In this document: piece by piece, positions 1 to 14,640 of the stretch | Position numbering within the stretch: position 1 is the stretch's first letter | Layout: every line of letters starts with the position of its first letter | NCBI GenBank assembly: GCA_035221665.1 | Contig: CM069150.1 | Location: 44,330,001 to 44,394,000 of the forward strand | Direction: 5' to 3' | Length of the DNA: 64,000 bases | Origin: Okamejei kenojei | Lineage: Eukaryota | Made by a program: the position numbers and the translations under genes | Notes under the pieces: generated by a model | Databases searched by the model: none | What the model was told of the DNA's origin: nothing | The model's input: the letters and a program-made list of their open reading frames with translations, nothing else

Positions 1-181
<181 letters not shown>

Positions 182-604
182 TCAGAACGTTTCAAGAGAG
201 CCGAGAGCGTTTAATTGCCAGATGCACCAGGAATGGATTAATGAAATTCTTACTTGCTCGCAGCTATCCTGGCCCATTAACACAACAAATTTGACAACAC
301 ACGCAAAGTCGTGGGATTCCTGCCATTTAAGTGATGAATGCCAGTCGCTCTGCTCCAGTCAAATTTACTTTCAAATTAAAACGTAACAGAAAACAGAACC
401 TTGCACACATTGCGATAAAGGAATAGTACACGGGTCCACATTATCTATACTTTACTTGGGTCCCATTTGCAGCCACATCACCCAGTGCGGGGCCAAAACC
501 TAGTGAACTATTTGCCCGCGTAGTGGAACGAGATTACAAATTATGCAGGAATTAGCCAGACTCTTAGAATTAAGCAAAGAGATAATGTGGAGAAAATAGC
601 ATTA

Positions 605-739
<135 letters not shown>

Positions 740-3057
740 TTATATTAAAAACAAACAGGCAAATAGAAAATACCTTCAATTCATAACATTGAATAGATTT
801 TTCAAATAAGTTTTGGAACCAACTTAAAAAGTAATTAGCATCCAAAAAAACTTAATTGAAACTTACACTACAGCCATTTTCATGAGAAACCTTTTATATA
901 ACATAATACATCTGCTTATAATAGCAAGGAGGCACAGGATACAAACATATAGAGATTCAGCGCAAATGTATTATAACATTGTTTGCCATTATAGTAAACA
1001 ATAATATGATCATTCATGAACGACCACAGTAACTTTGTTGATGTTAATATTTTGGATTTAAAAAAATTCATCCATTCAGCTACAATAAGAGTGCAGACAC
1101 AACTCATTAAATGGGGATTCCCAGCTGATGGAATAGGGATGATTTTATTTTAGTTCATGTTTTTAAATTATTATAAATTAACTTTAAACCCAAAATGGTA
1201 TAATACAAGAGTTCATTGAAATGTTGCAAAGATGTCTTAAATGACTTCACAGCATCTGGTTAAATTAATTAGATTTAGAAGCAATTACACAGGTACCAAT
1301 TGATTTAACTCATACATTAAATACCAAGGACCAAGATTTACAACATTTAAGCACTAAACAAAGCTGGTCCATTGCAACCATTATTTAGCGCCCCCCATGA
1401 GGAACTATTATTAATAGGGAAACCCCAAGTTAATTATTCCTTCACACTGATTAATGTTGTAAGAAGGAGACACAATGTAGAACAAAATATAAAACTGCTG
1501 GAGGAATTCAGCAGGCCATGCTTATTTAGAAACATGGAACTGCATATGCTGGTTTACAAAAAAAAAGTACTGGAGTAGCTCAGCAGGTTAGGTAGCATCC
1601 CTGGAGAACATGGGGAAACGAGTCTGATGGTGCCCCCGACCCAAAACGTCACCAATCCATGTTCTCCTGGGGTGCTCAGCCTGACCCGCTGAGTTAATCC
1701 AGCACTTTGTGTCTTTTTGTTTTAAGTTTTATTCGTTTGGGAGCCTTTTTAATCCCTTCCAAGGGAAGCATTGATGTCAGTTGAAGTTTGAAAAATGATC
1801 TCTTAATCTGTTATAACATATGGGGAGGTGCAATTTATTGGCACTCTCTATGACTTATGTAAAGGCAAGAGTGTCGTGAAACACAGTCAAGAACACCACA
1901 GCCCAGCTCTAGGCAATTGTGTTCCATGATGCAATGGATCTGCCTGGCTCCGATCTGAACTGGGCTGGACTTTGAAAATGGCGCCAAAACCTGGTGACCC
2001 TTGGATGTCAGTGCTTTATTTCTCTGCATTTTAAACTAATCGTGGATCGTGCTTGGGTATGGCAATATTCTACTGAACTATATGAAGAATAGAATTTCAC
2101 TATACGCATATTCATATGATAATAAAGAACCAGTTAAAAATGAGGTGCAATTTAACATCAAATTGAAATTCCTTTGTTAAAAATAAAAGCAGGAATAAAA
2201 AAGCGACCAAACATGGCGGTGCCAACATTATATGCAAAAATGAATTTCACTATGTAATGTTGTAACAATAAATATCCACTGAACCACTGATAACAGGAGT
2301 GGGGCAAACACGTGCTCAATATATTTTTTTCCATCCAAAAATAAAACGGATACAAATTTCTCTCGCTCTCTGCTGTCCGCAGCAAACATTGTGCTGGAAC
2401 AGCAAATTAAAATGTATTATGGTAAAATTCACTGCTAAAGTGGCACGTGCAAGATGCAGGCGATTACTCCAGGACTAACAGGTCAGCAATGTTGCAGGAT
2501 AGCGTGCAAATGACAAATTGCAACAATTTGCTGGGTGGTTTGTACCTCCTTGCTATAGCTTAGAGATAAATTTCAACCGTAATTTTATTAATTTGCTGCT
2601 CTTGACATTTAATTGCATTTTCAACTCCTTTCATTATGGGATGGCAATAAATGCTCTGTTTCTTGATGATGTTTTCACCCAGTAATTTGTCACAAAAAGT
2701 GCTCGAGTGGATGCAATGGTGACATTGTGGTGCAGCCATTGGAGCTGCTGCCTCAGATATAATCTAGAGCTGTGTAGCTGTGTGGAGTTTGCACACTCTG
2801 TGGCCCTATGGGCATCCTTTGGGTATGCCACTTTCTTTACACATTTTCAAAGAGGTAGCTTAATTGGCTGATATATATTACCCCTTAATGTCAGTTATGG
2901 CAAAAAGGAAAAAATAGACTTGAGAGATACAGTTGGGGAAACAGGCCCTTCGGCCCACCAAAATCCGTGCCGACCAGCGATCACCCCGTAACTAGCACTA
3001 TCCTACACCCTAGGGACAATTTACAATTTTACTGAAGCCAATTAACCTACAAACCTG

Positions 3058-3294
3058 TGTAGGAAAGAACTGCAGATTCTGGTTTAAATCAAAGGTAGAC
3101 ACAAAATGCTGGAGTAACTCAGCGGGACAGGCAGCATCTCTGGAGAGAAGGAATGGGTGGCGTCTCGGGTCGACACCCTTCTTCAGAACGATCTGAAGTC
3201 TGAAGAAGGGTCTCGCCCCGAAACGTCACCCATTCCTTCTCTCCAAAGTTGCTGCCTGTCACGCTGAGTTACTCCAGCATTTTGTGCCAACCTT
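3058..3294. mobile_element. Fold-back Penelope pLTR unit inserted in a SINE
   Basis: Inverted ~95-bp arms meeting at cttcttcaga...tctgaagaag; flanking duplication caaacctg (3050-3057, 3295-3302). Confidence 0.8.
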
Positions 3295-4210
3295 CAAACC
3301 TGCGCGTCTTTGGTGTGGGGGAGGAACCCGGAGCAACCTGAGAAAACCTACATGGTCACAGAGAGAGCGTACAAACTCTACCGCTGCGCCACTGTGCCAC
3401 CCAAATATTTGCTATAATTACTCATCATTTTTGAATGAATTGTACTATAGCTTACAGATGAAACTATTACATAGGACTCCGTTTTAATTTATGAAAGTCA
3501 GTACAATCTTAATCAGATATTAAGTTTGCATTAGATATGTACCACAGTATACGTCTGCGAAATAGAAATAAATATTTGATAAAACCGTGAAATTATGCTT
3601 CATGTATCATATTTCTGTAAAGTTTTCTCATGAGTATCCATATGATATCCATTACCCAAAGCTGAAGCATAAAATCAAGTTAAAGCAAGCACACATCTGG
3701 ATTAACATGCAACAATATCCCTTGTTCCATACCATGCGAAATCAGCTATAATTTATACTCTTAAGGAGTTCCAATTATATAGTCCATTGAAAACATGTAA
3801 TGGACACATGCACTTTATCGTATTGAAATGTGACACCCTATTAAAATATAGCAGTAGTCAGAGTAGAAGCTGTAACCCTTAGTACTCCTCCCTGCCTGTT
3901 CCCTTTGGAATTAGAAAGACGTGCTAGTATGAAGTTATATATGTTATGTCCTTAATAAAGTCTTTGGACCTTTATCATGGTGTAAGGCTTCAGTTATTAC
4001 AACAGCCGAAACACAACAACGACTCTTGTTTTAAAAAAAATTATCATTAAATAATCAAATAGGGAATTTAGAAGAATCATATAGCGGTTCGTGAGTCTGA
4101 TGCAAAAGGGTGTAGTTGAGCCATAGGGAATAGGCTTAAATAAAATTATCCAATGAAGTAACCATTACCGAGTACAATGCCACTGTGCGGAAGAATGGGA
4201 TGAGACTTCA

Positions 4211-4423
<213 letters not shown>

Positions 4424-5317
4424 TCAGTATCACCAAACTATCAAGCATAGATAAGCAGAACATTAACAATGCTTGCCAGTGGACAAAATCTCCAGCTGGA
4501 CACATCAGTGATTTTTAAATGGAATTTTTACCCAAAGACGTTCTTTATATTGATTTCCATTACAACTATTCATTCTAAAGGGAAAGGCCACGTTTGATCA
4601 GCCTTATTAAATTCCTTGAGAAATAATAGAAAAAGTAAAAGGAATGTCGTAGAAGTTCCTTAACTTAAGGAACTTCTCTTAACTTAAGAGCTAAATGTTG
4701 GAAATCCGAAAAATAGAAAATATGCTCAAGTGGTTCAGTATCATTTGCAGAAAAGCAGCACTGCATGGTAGCAAAGTCACTACCTTATGCCTCCCTTCTG
4801 ATAGCCTCGGATGCTCAGAACCCCTGGATGTGGTTAATAACCTCGTGGCTAATGTTGGAGGGAGGGTGTGTGTCGTTAAGGGACGTGAAAAGATTCGAGG
4901 CAAGTTGAGTGTGAAACAGTAAAAATACAGGTGAGGAATGCCAAAAGATGTTTCATGTAATCTTCATACCTGGACTAGTAAAGGATGCAGCTGTATATAG
5001 ATAGGCGTTGCTAACAATATTGTTATCACTTAGTTTTAACTCAGAAATAAGAACACTAAATTCAAAAGACCCAGATAAAGTACTGGCAGTACCTCATAAC
5101 TTCATGGAGTGTGGGGACCCACTAGAATGGTCAGCATTATAGCTTGTTCCTAAAGCTCCTTCAAATCTCTGTAATTCTTTTGATGAAGATGCTATTGGGT
5201 GGGGAATATGAGAATGTATATTTGTGATGAATTAAACATCTTTCCACGTGTAGAAGTCTAAAATCAGGGGTCGTTATTACAAAATATTCACTAACATATT
5301 TAGCATAGAACCATTCC

Positions 5318-5955
5318 CATAGAAACATAGAAAATAGGTGCAGGAGTAGGCCATTCAGCCCTTCGAGCCTGCACCGCCATTCAATATGATCATGGCTGAT
5401 CATTCAACTCAGTATCCTGTGCCTGCCTTCTCTCCATACCCCCTGATCCCTTTAGCCACAAGGGCCACATCTAACTCCCTCTTAAATATAGCCAATGAAC
5501 TGGCCTCAACTACCTTCTGTGGCAGAGAATTCCACAGACTCATCACTTTCTGTGTGAAAAATGTTTTCCTCATCTCGGTCCTAAAGGAATTCCCCCTTAC
5601 CCTTAGACTGTGACCCCTTGTTCTCGACCTCCCCAACATCGGGAACAACCTTCCTGCATCTACCCCTTAAAAATGTTGTAAGTTTCAATAAGATCCCCCC
5701 TCAACCTTCTAAATTGTAGCGAGTACAAGCCGAGTCTATCCAGTCTTTCCTCATATGAAAGTCCTGACATCCCAGGAATCAGTCTGGTGAACCTTCTCTG
5801 TACCCCCTCTATGGCAAGAATGTCTTTCCTCAGACCTGGAGACCAAAACTGTACGCAATACTCCAGGTGTGGTCTCACCAAAACCCTGTACAACTGCAGT
5901 AGAACCTCCCTGCTCCTATACTCAAATCCTTTTGCTATGAATGCTAACATAACTA
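5318..5955 (-). mobile_element. CR1-clade (HER1-like) LINE 3' fragment
   Basis: [30 protein letters not shown]; (TTTCTATG)n tail. Confidence 0.9.
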
Positions 5956-6594
5956 TTCCAGTGAAGAAAGCGAATGGTATGTCAAGAAGCATTGATAAAT
6001 TTCAGATGAAGTAAGCGCGAGCACACAAGGAAGAAAGTAGCAGGTGAATTGAAGAGCCTTATATAAAGATAGAACGCCAGCATGGTTGAATGGCCTGTTT
6101 TGTCACAAAGAATGTCATAGAGCCATACAGCACAAAAATAGGCCCTTCAGCCCAGCTTGCCCATGCCGACCAAGATGCCCCATCTTCACTAGTTCCACCT
6201 GCCCACATTTGGCCAATATCCCTCTAAACCTTTCCTATCCATGTACCTGTCAAAATGTCTTAAATGTTGCTATTGTAATTGCCTCAACTACCTCCTCTGG
6301 CACCTTGTTCTGTATGTCCACCAACGTCTATGTGAAAAAGTTGCCCCTCAGGTTCTTAATAAATCTTTCCCTCTCAATACATCATCCCAACATCTATACT
6401 CAATACCCTGACTGATGATGGCCAAACTACCAAGAGCCTTTTTAACTATCCTATCTACCTCTGATGCCACATTCAAGGAACTATGTACCTATATGCCAAG
6501 ATCCACATTACTCCCCGTGGCCTTGCCATTCACACTGAAGCTCCTGCCTGGTTCGACGTCACAAAATGCAACACCTCGCACTTATCTGCACAAC

Positions 6595-7517
6595 CCTCCT
6601 CTACACCAACGACTGCACCTCCACAGACACCTCTGTCAAGCTTCTCAAGTTTGCGAATGACACAACCCTGATTGGACTGATCCAGGATGGGAAGGAATCT
6701 GCCTACTGACAGGAAGTGTCACCGATGGCGTCTTGGTGCCATCGAAACAACCTAGAGCTCAATGCTCTTAAAACAGTGGAATTGATTGTAGACTTTAGGA
6801 AAGCTCCCCCTCCCCTCACCATCAACAACACCACAGTCACATCTGTGGAGTCTTTTAAGTTCCTGGGAACGATCATCTCCAAGGACCTTAAGTGGGGGGC
6901 TACCATCGACTCCACAGTCAAAAAGGCACAACTGAGGATGTACTTCCTGCGGCAGCTGAGGAAGCACAATCTGCCACAGGCAATGATGGTCCAATTCTAC
7001 ACGGCCATCATAGAGTCTGTCCTCACCTTCTCCATCATGGTCTGGTTTGGCTCAGCCACCAAGCACGACACCTGGAGGCTGCAGCGAATCATCCGATCAG
7101 CAGAGAAGGTTATTGGCTGCAACCTTCCCTCCATTGATGAACTATACACTGCAAGGGCCAGGAAGCGAGCGGGCAAGATCATCTCTGACTCAGCTCACCC
7201 TGGCCACAAACTCTTTGAATCACTTCCCTCTGGAAGGCGACTCCGGACTGTCAAAGCTAGACATAAAAAAAGTTTTTATCCACAAGTAGTTGCTCTAATC
7301 AACAGCCAAAAATCTGTAGCCTCCGTTTGACCTGGTATTTTGTTGGTTCACATGCTTGATCAATGGTGTTTTATCATTATTGTTTTATTATTATTAATGT
7401 TTAGTGTTTTCTGAGTCATTCGTAACTGTCACTGTATGCCCTGTTGTTACTTCTGGGCGGAGCACCAAGGCAAATTCCTTGTATGTGAATACTTGGCCAA
7501 TAAACTTACTTACTTAC
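6595..7517 (+). mobile_element. Rex1/Babar-like LINE 3' fragment (RT C-terminus)
   Basis: LYTNDC...KFANDTT; ORF 6716..7330 WCHRNNLELNALKTVELIVDFRK...KAQLRMYFLRQLRK; AATAAA + (CTTA)n tail. Confidence 0.88.
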
Positions 7518-7660
7518 ACTCCATTAACCATTCCTCAGCCCATTTGCCCAGAGCCAGATCGTGCTGTGGTTTTTGATAACCATCTATGCTATCTACATTA
7601 CCACATGTTGGGTCATCTGGAAACTTACTAATCATACCTTCTACATTCCCATCCAAATCA

Positions 7661-8110
<450 letters not shown>

Positions 8111-9207
8111 TCAATTAGCAAGCAGGGAATTAAGTGATTCAGTCTTTGTACTATCCTGTCTATTTTATAGTTATAGTTCATATAAGCATTTTTTTCCCTG
8201 AAGGGGACATCCTTCAGGGACATGTGCAAATGACAAATAAAACTTGATTGATTTATTGATCTTACCATGTGTGTGTACAAAGTGTAGTTACTGAAATAAA
8301 AGTTTTAGTTTCTAATTGATGGCAGTGGTCAATATGAACATAGAATATAAACTATTGTATTTAAATATTCCCAACTAGAACATGGAACAAAACAACAGAA
8401 ACAAGCCTTTAGACCCACAATATCCGTACCAAACACGATGACAAGTTAAACAAAACTGCCCGCACATGATCCATATTCCTCCTGTCCCTGCATATCCAAG
8501 AGCCGGTCTAAAAGCCTCATGAATGTCACTATTGTAACTACCTCCTCCACCACCCCTTAGGCAAGACTTTCCAGGCATACACCACTCTTTAAAAAAATGC
8601 TAACTTTTTTTTTAACTGTTCTGATCAGCAATTAAAGTTTCATCTTTTGATAGAAGACTTTGCATTGCAATTATGTTTCAACTTTTCATGTGAGAAATTA
8701 GAAATCTCAACACGTATTCATCAATATTTAAATATTTTCAAATTCTGTCGTGCTGGTAAATGTTCTTCAGGTTAAGCAACATGCTATATTTCAACATTTA
8801 ATGTAATGCGAGTTTGTCTATGGAACTGATGCTTTATATAGCTGAAGACCATATTCTGCATTCTGTATCTTACCCTTTATTCTATCTATTGTACTAGAGT
8901 TTGACTTGATTGTATTTATGTATAATATCTGATCTGTTTGGATAGCATGCAAAAACCAAGCCTTTCACTGTACCTCAGTACACGTGACAATAATAAACCT
9001 ACACACAAGCAATGATATCAAACTAAAAGCTGCTAGCTTTCTGTACCCAGGCAACTGTTTTTCATGTTCACGTGCATCTAGATGCAAACAAAATATCTCT
9101 CATGCACAAACTACATCCCATTCCTTTGCTGTTTTTGTTTTATATTAACAGCTAATGTGCAAATTTTGCAGTAAAGTTATTGTTGCAGGCTCTGACCACA
9201 TGGTGGT

Positions 9208-9261
9208 GGGGTGGGAGATTGCAACCTTCACGTGGTCCGCCCTGTTTCGACGAATGCAATC
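9208..9261 (+). ncRNA. Candidate minimal HDV-like (CPEB3-type) self-cleaving ribozyme
   Basis: P1 GGGGUGG/CCGCCCU with G1.U wobble; P2 GAUUGCA/UGCAAUC; P3 ACC/GGU; L3 UUCACGU; GU after P1; 5-nt P4 remnant; J4/2 CGAA. Confidence 0.8.
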
Positions 9262-9341
9262 AACCTGGCGTGCACAATCAAATAAGATCAAATAGAACAA
9301 GTTGTCCTTTAACTTTAGACTGTGCACGCCGTACGTAAGAA
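9208..9341 (+). mobile_element. 134-bp ribozyme-headed non-autonomous retroelement, probably Ingi/Vingi-related
   Basis: Starts at ribozyme G1; 10-bp internal stem 9267-9276/9321-9330; 3' end gccgtacgtaagaa; gtggt on both flanks (9203-9207, 9342-9346); first 20 nt recur at 14487-14506. Confidence 0.65.
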
Positions 9342-9964
9342 GTGGTTAAGTGGACCATGTATCATTCTTTTGAGATCCCTTATTAAAATTCTAAGGATTC
9401 AACCATTTATTAGTAATTCTTTGCCTCACAATTACTTTATGTGGGATCCCTGAAAGTAATGTACTAATGGAGCACCATTATTAATGAGAACATTTATTAG
9501 ATATATTTCCCCAATGCTCCAGGCAAACCAAGAATAAAGTCTACATGACCATTTATCAAATTAACAAGATTGCTTTAGGATGGGGCCATTTATAACGGGC
9601 CATTTTCACTCATCCACAATTTAACAAAAAAACAAGATTTTTCAACCAAATGGCTCCAAAATTGCTAATGTTATTCTTCTAAGGCTGTAATAAACTGCTC
9701 AAGTATTCTCCCCCTACCCTCCCACTACATCTTCAAGGATAAATCGACCTTGGAGGGAGGACAGCAAAGGTTCAAAATGACAGATGTTAAAGAGATCACT
9801 TGAAGACAGGTTGCATAAATTTGGTTTGCAATGCCTTATAAATTATGCGGTTAAAGTGTGATCCTTTAATTGTGGTCCTTAAACACAACAGAAATAATGT
9901 AAAATATGAAATGTAAAGGACAAGCCATTCTAAATCATCAAACGGGTTCTGTTTTTACAGAGGT

Positions 9965-11535
9965 CAGGGCAGAATTTGTTGAGTGTGTCCCAGAGCGATG
10001 CTTGAAACAGTGTGCGAATAGTTCCACAAGACAGTGCATACTGGACCTTGCACTGGAAAATTAGCCTGGCCAAGCGAACAGCATTTCAGTGAGAAGAGTG
10101 ACCTCAACTCCTTTGGTTATTGAAGAGGATAGGTCTGGACCTGGGGGTCCTAGTACTAAATTAGGGGAGGGCAAACTACAGGATTATTAGGTAGGAGATA
10201 AGGAAAGTAAATTGGGAGTAGTTGTTGGACAAGTATACATCTGACAGGAGCCCTTTAAAGACCAACTGGTCAGAGCTCAGAACTGGCATGTCCCAGTGAG
10301 TAAGAGGGACACGGATGGCAAGGTAAGGGAACCTTGGATGACGCAGGAGGTTGTCATTTTGAGCAGAGAGGAAAAGGAAGCACATGTAAGGTTTAGGGAG
10401 AAATCAGACAGGGCCTTTGATGAATATAAAGAAAGCAGGAGAAACTCAAGCAGGGAAATAGGAGGGCCAGAAGAGAACATGATATGTTAGCGGCAAGCAG
10501 ATTAAAGAGAATCTCAAGGCTTTTTATACATACGTTAAAATCAAGGTAGTAACAAGCGAGAGAGTAGTATCATCCACAGACAAAGGAGGGATTTATGCTT
10601 GTCGTCACAGGATGTCGGCAGGCAGGGTGCTAAACAAGTATTCTGCATCACATTCACCAAGGAGAAAAACATGGAGGGGAGAGAGAGATCAGTGTGCGGT
10701 ATACTAATAGCTCAGGCATTTTGAGATAATGAAGGAGATGGTGCTGGATCCCATGAAGAACATTAAGGTGCATAAGTCCCAGGGTCTGATGGTATCTATC
10801 CCAGTTTATTGAGGGAAGCAAGAGAGATTGATGGGACCTGAATGAAGGCCTTTGTACCCTCTTAAGCCACAGGCAAGGTCCTGGAGGAGTGGAGTGGTGC
10901 CAGCATTGTGCTTTTGTCCCAGAGGGAAATAGGGATAATTCACAAAATTGGGGGCCGATGATCCTCGTATCAGCGGTTGGGAAGCTATGGAAGAAGATTT
11001 AATTTCATTTTGAAGACAACAGGTCAATTAGGGACAGTCAGCATGGGGCAGGTCACATCTTACAAACCTGATTAAGATTTCTGCGGATGTGACAAAGGTG
11101 ATTGGCGGTTAGGGCAGTCAATGTTGTTAAATTACTTACTAAAAATCCACGTAGAAAAGATCCCTCTTGGTAGACTAATCCAGGAGATTTAAGATGTATG
11201 GGATCCACTGTAATTTGGTACCCGCTGTAATTTGGTAGTTTGGATTTAAAACTGGTTTGGAGTGTATTAGTTATAAGGAGAGGTTGGACAAACTTGCGTT
11301 GTTTTCTCTGGAGCATCAGCGATAGAGGGGCAACATTATACAAGTTTTTAATATTATGAGTGGCATAGGTTGACAGCAGATTTTACGATGGTGACATTTA
11401 AGAGGCCTTTAGAGGGCCACACGAATATGCATGCATGGAGTGATACAGTCTACATGCCGGCAGAAGGGATTATTTATTTTGGCATTCTGTCTGGCACAGA
11501 TATAGTAGGCTGAAGGGCCAGTTGTTCTGTTGTGA
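9965..11535 (+). mobile_element. Old degraded CR1 ORF2 fragment
   Basis: REPWMT, KSPGSDGIYP-like and FLKQQV..DSQH-like remnants; CR1-type 3' end ggctgaagggcc. Confidence 0.7.
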
Positions 11536-12899
11536 AGTGGAGGAGCAGTTTGCAGGAGGGTATTGAGAATCTCAAAAATCTATTGACGAGGATCACAAAG
11601 CCCTTGTAATCATTGGAAGGAACAGACTACCTCACATACGACTCATTTACTCACTTTCTGCCATTGGTGGAAGAATCTGGGTTCCCACATTAGCCTAATT
11701 AGATACTCAGAACTCAGAATAATTGAGTGGACACGTTATCTTCAATCTCAAGGAACTGCCCAAGAAAGTGCTAATTTATATATTTTTTAACTCTAGAAAA
11801 TGGCCTGGCCGATTATGGGGCGACTGTCTTTTAACTCAAGCCAGGGAACTATGAAGCTGACTCTGGCCACATTCATTTCACAAGCTCAACACGTGGATAG
11901 TGACGTGTCAGACCCCAAACGTCACCTGTTCACTCCCTCCACAGATGCTGCCTGACCTGCAGAGTTTGAGCATTCTGATTTTTATACATAAAATAGCGTC
12001 AGCATTTCTGTGGTCTGCCTTTTATTCCAACAAGCCTCCAATCGCTCTGACAAGTTCATCTATAGGATTCTATTCACATGTCAACACAACCAATGAAGCA
12101 TCCTGTCACAGTGACATATAAACGGGAAAATTGAACAAGTCGATGACGGTAAGATGACAGCTGAAAGTGTCTTAATTATGAAACAGAGGGGATACTGACT
12201 AAGATTAGTCTGAAGGGTTCCAACTCATTGGAATTCTCAATTTCATTCCCTCCAAAGAGGCTGCATGATCCACAGAGTTATTCCACACTTTTTTGTAAAC
12301 CAACATCCTAGTGTCAGTTGCATTCAGAGCAAGTCACCTACTGCACAGGAACACGTTATTTGGCCCATAATGAATGTGCCGAACATGACTCCAAGACTGA
12401 AGAAGGGTCCTTTATCCATATCCTCCAGGGATGCTGCCTGACCACATGAGTTACTCCAGCACTGTGTCCTTTTGTGTAAACCAGCATCCTTTTTTTCCTA
12501 CATGATGCCAAGACCAACTATTAACTGCATGCACATGATCTATATCCCTAGATTCACTGTATACGGATGTGCCTATGTAACAGTATTGTAACTGCCATTC
12601 GTGGTGTGTTTGGATCTTCAACCGGACAGAGAGTTCCCCCCACGGGGCTCCCCCTGTACGTCTCCCACACCCCCTCCCGTAGCTTATCCCTCTCCCTCAG
12701 GAGCCCATCCCTCTTCCTTCCCAGGGCGGGTCTCTTTACCCCTCGGGGCCCGGCTCACTACCCCTCAAGGGCGGGGGGGGAGCTTTTCCTTCCCCCCCAG
12801 ACATATCATTACCCCTCCCAGGTGTCCGCCTCTCTCCCCCATGGGGGCCCTACTCTCTAGCCCTCAGGGGCTCTACTCTCTACCCCATGGGGGCCCAAC

Positions 12900-13187
12900 T
12901 TAGAATAAAGGGGAGGTCATTTAAGACTGAGGTGAGAAAAAAAGTTTTCACCCAGAGAGTTGTGAATTTATGGAATTCCCTGCCACAGAGGGCAGTGGAG
13001 GCCAAGTCACTGGATGGATTTAAGAGTGTTAGATAGAGCTCTAGGGGCTAGTGGACTCAAGGGATATGGGGAGAAGGCAGGCATGGGTTATTGATAGGGG
13101 ACGATCAGCCATGATCACAATGAATGGTGGTGCTGGCTCAAAGGGCCGAATGGCCTCCTCCTGCACCTATTTTCTACGTTTCTATGT
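12900..13187 (+). mobile_element. CR1 3' end in PRPF6 intron 1
   Basis: ttcacccagagagttgtgaatttatggaattcc...gggccgaatggcctcctcctgcacctattttctacgtttctatg. Confidence 0.88.
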
Positions 13188-13289
13188 AACTGTCTATCTC
13201 ATGATTCGGGGGGGGGGGGCGCTATCCCTCTCCCCCATGGGGACTCGTCTCTACCCCCTTCCTGGGCCTTACTCTCTCGGATGGTTGGG

Positions 13290-13775
<486 letters not shown>

Positions 13776-13909
13776 AGTTTGAAGCAACAATTAAGAGCAG
13801 GACAACAAATACTTCTCCCACTAAATAGTTCCACAGACTGTTGGCAAGGAGAGACACACGGACAAAAACAAAGAAAAAAAGTGGTAACCGTTAATTTCAA
13901 ACAGTCACT

Positions 13910-14640
13910 AATGACATGTTGGCCTTCATTGTGAGAGGATTTGAGTTTAGGAGTAAGGAGGTCCTACTGCAGGTGTACAGGGCCCTGGTGAGACCGTACC
14001 TGGAGTATTGTGTGGAATTTTGGTCCCCTAATTTGACAAAAGGACATTATTGCTATTGAGGGAGTGCAGTGTAGGTTCACAAGGTTAATCCCCGGGATGC
14101 GGGACTGGCATTCGATGAATGAATGAATGGGTCGATTGGGCTTGTATTCACTGGGATTTAGAAGGATGAGAGGGGATCTTATAGAAACATATAAAATTCT
14201 TAAAGGATTGGACAGGCTAGATGCAGGAAAATTTTTCCCGATGTTGGGCGAGTCCAGAACCAGGGGTCCCAGTTTAAGAATAAGGGGTAGGCCATTTAGA
14301 ACTGAGATGAGTTCTTCACCCAGAGAGTTGTGAATCTGTGGAATTCTCTGCCACAGAAGGCATTCGAAGCCAATTCACAGGATGTTTTCAAGATAGTTAG
14401 GGCTAAAGAAATATGGAAGTTCATAAGTTCTAGTAAATGTTTTTCTGGGCAATAATCTCCAGTCAGAATATCATAAGGTCATAAGTGGGGTGGAAGATTG
14501 CAACCTAATAAGGGATATGGGGAAAAAGGAGGAACTGGTTACAGATTTTAGATGATCAGCCATGATCATATTGAATGGCAATGCTGGCTCGAAGGGTGGA
14601 ATGGCCTATTCTTGCACCTATTTTTCTATGTTTCTATTAG
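13910..14640 (+). mobile_element. CR1 3' fragment just upstream of PRPF6
   Basis: [21 protein letters not shown]; CR1 tail. Confidence 0.85.
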
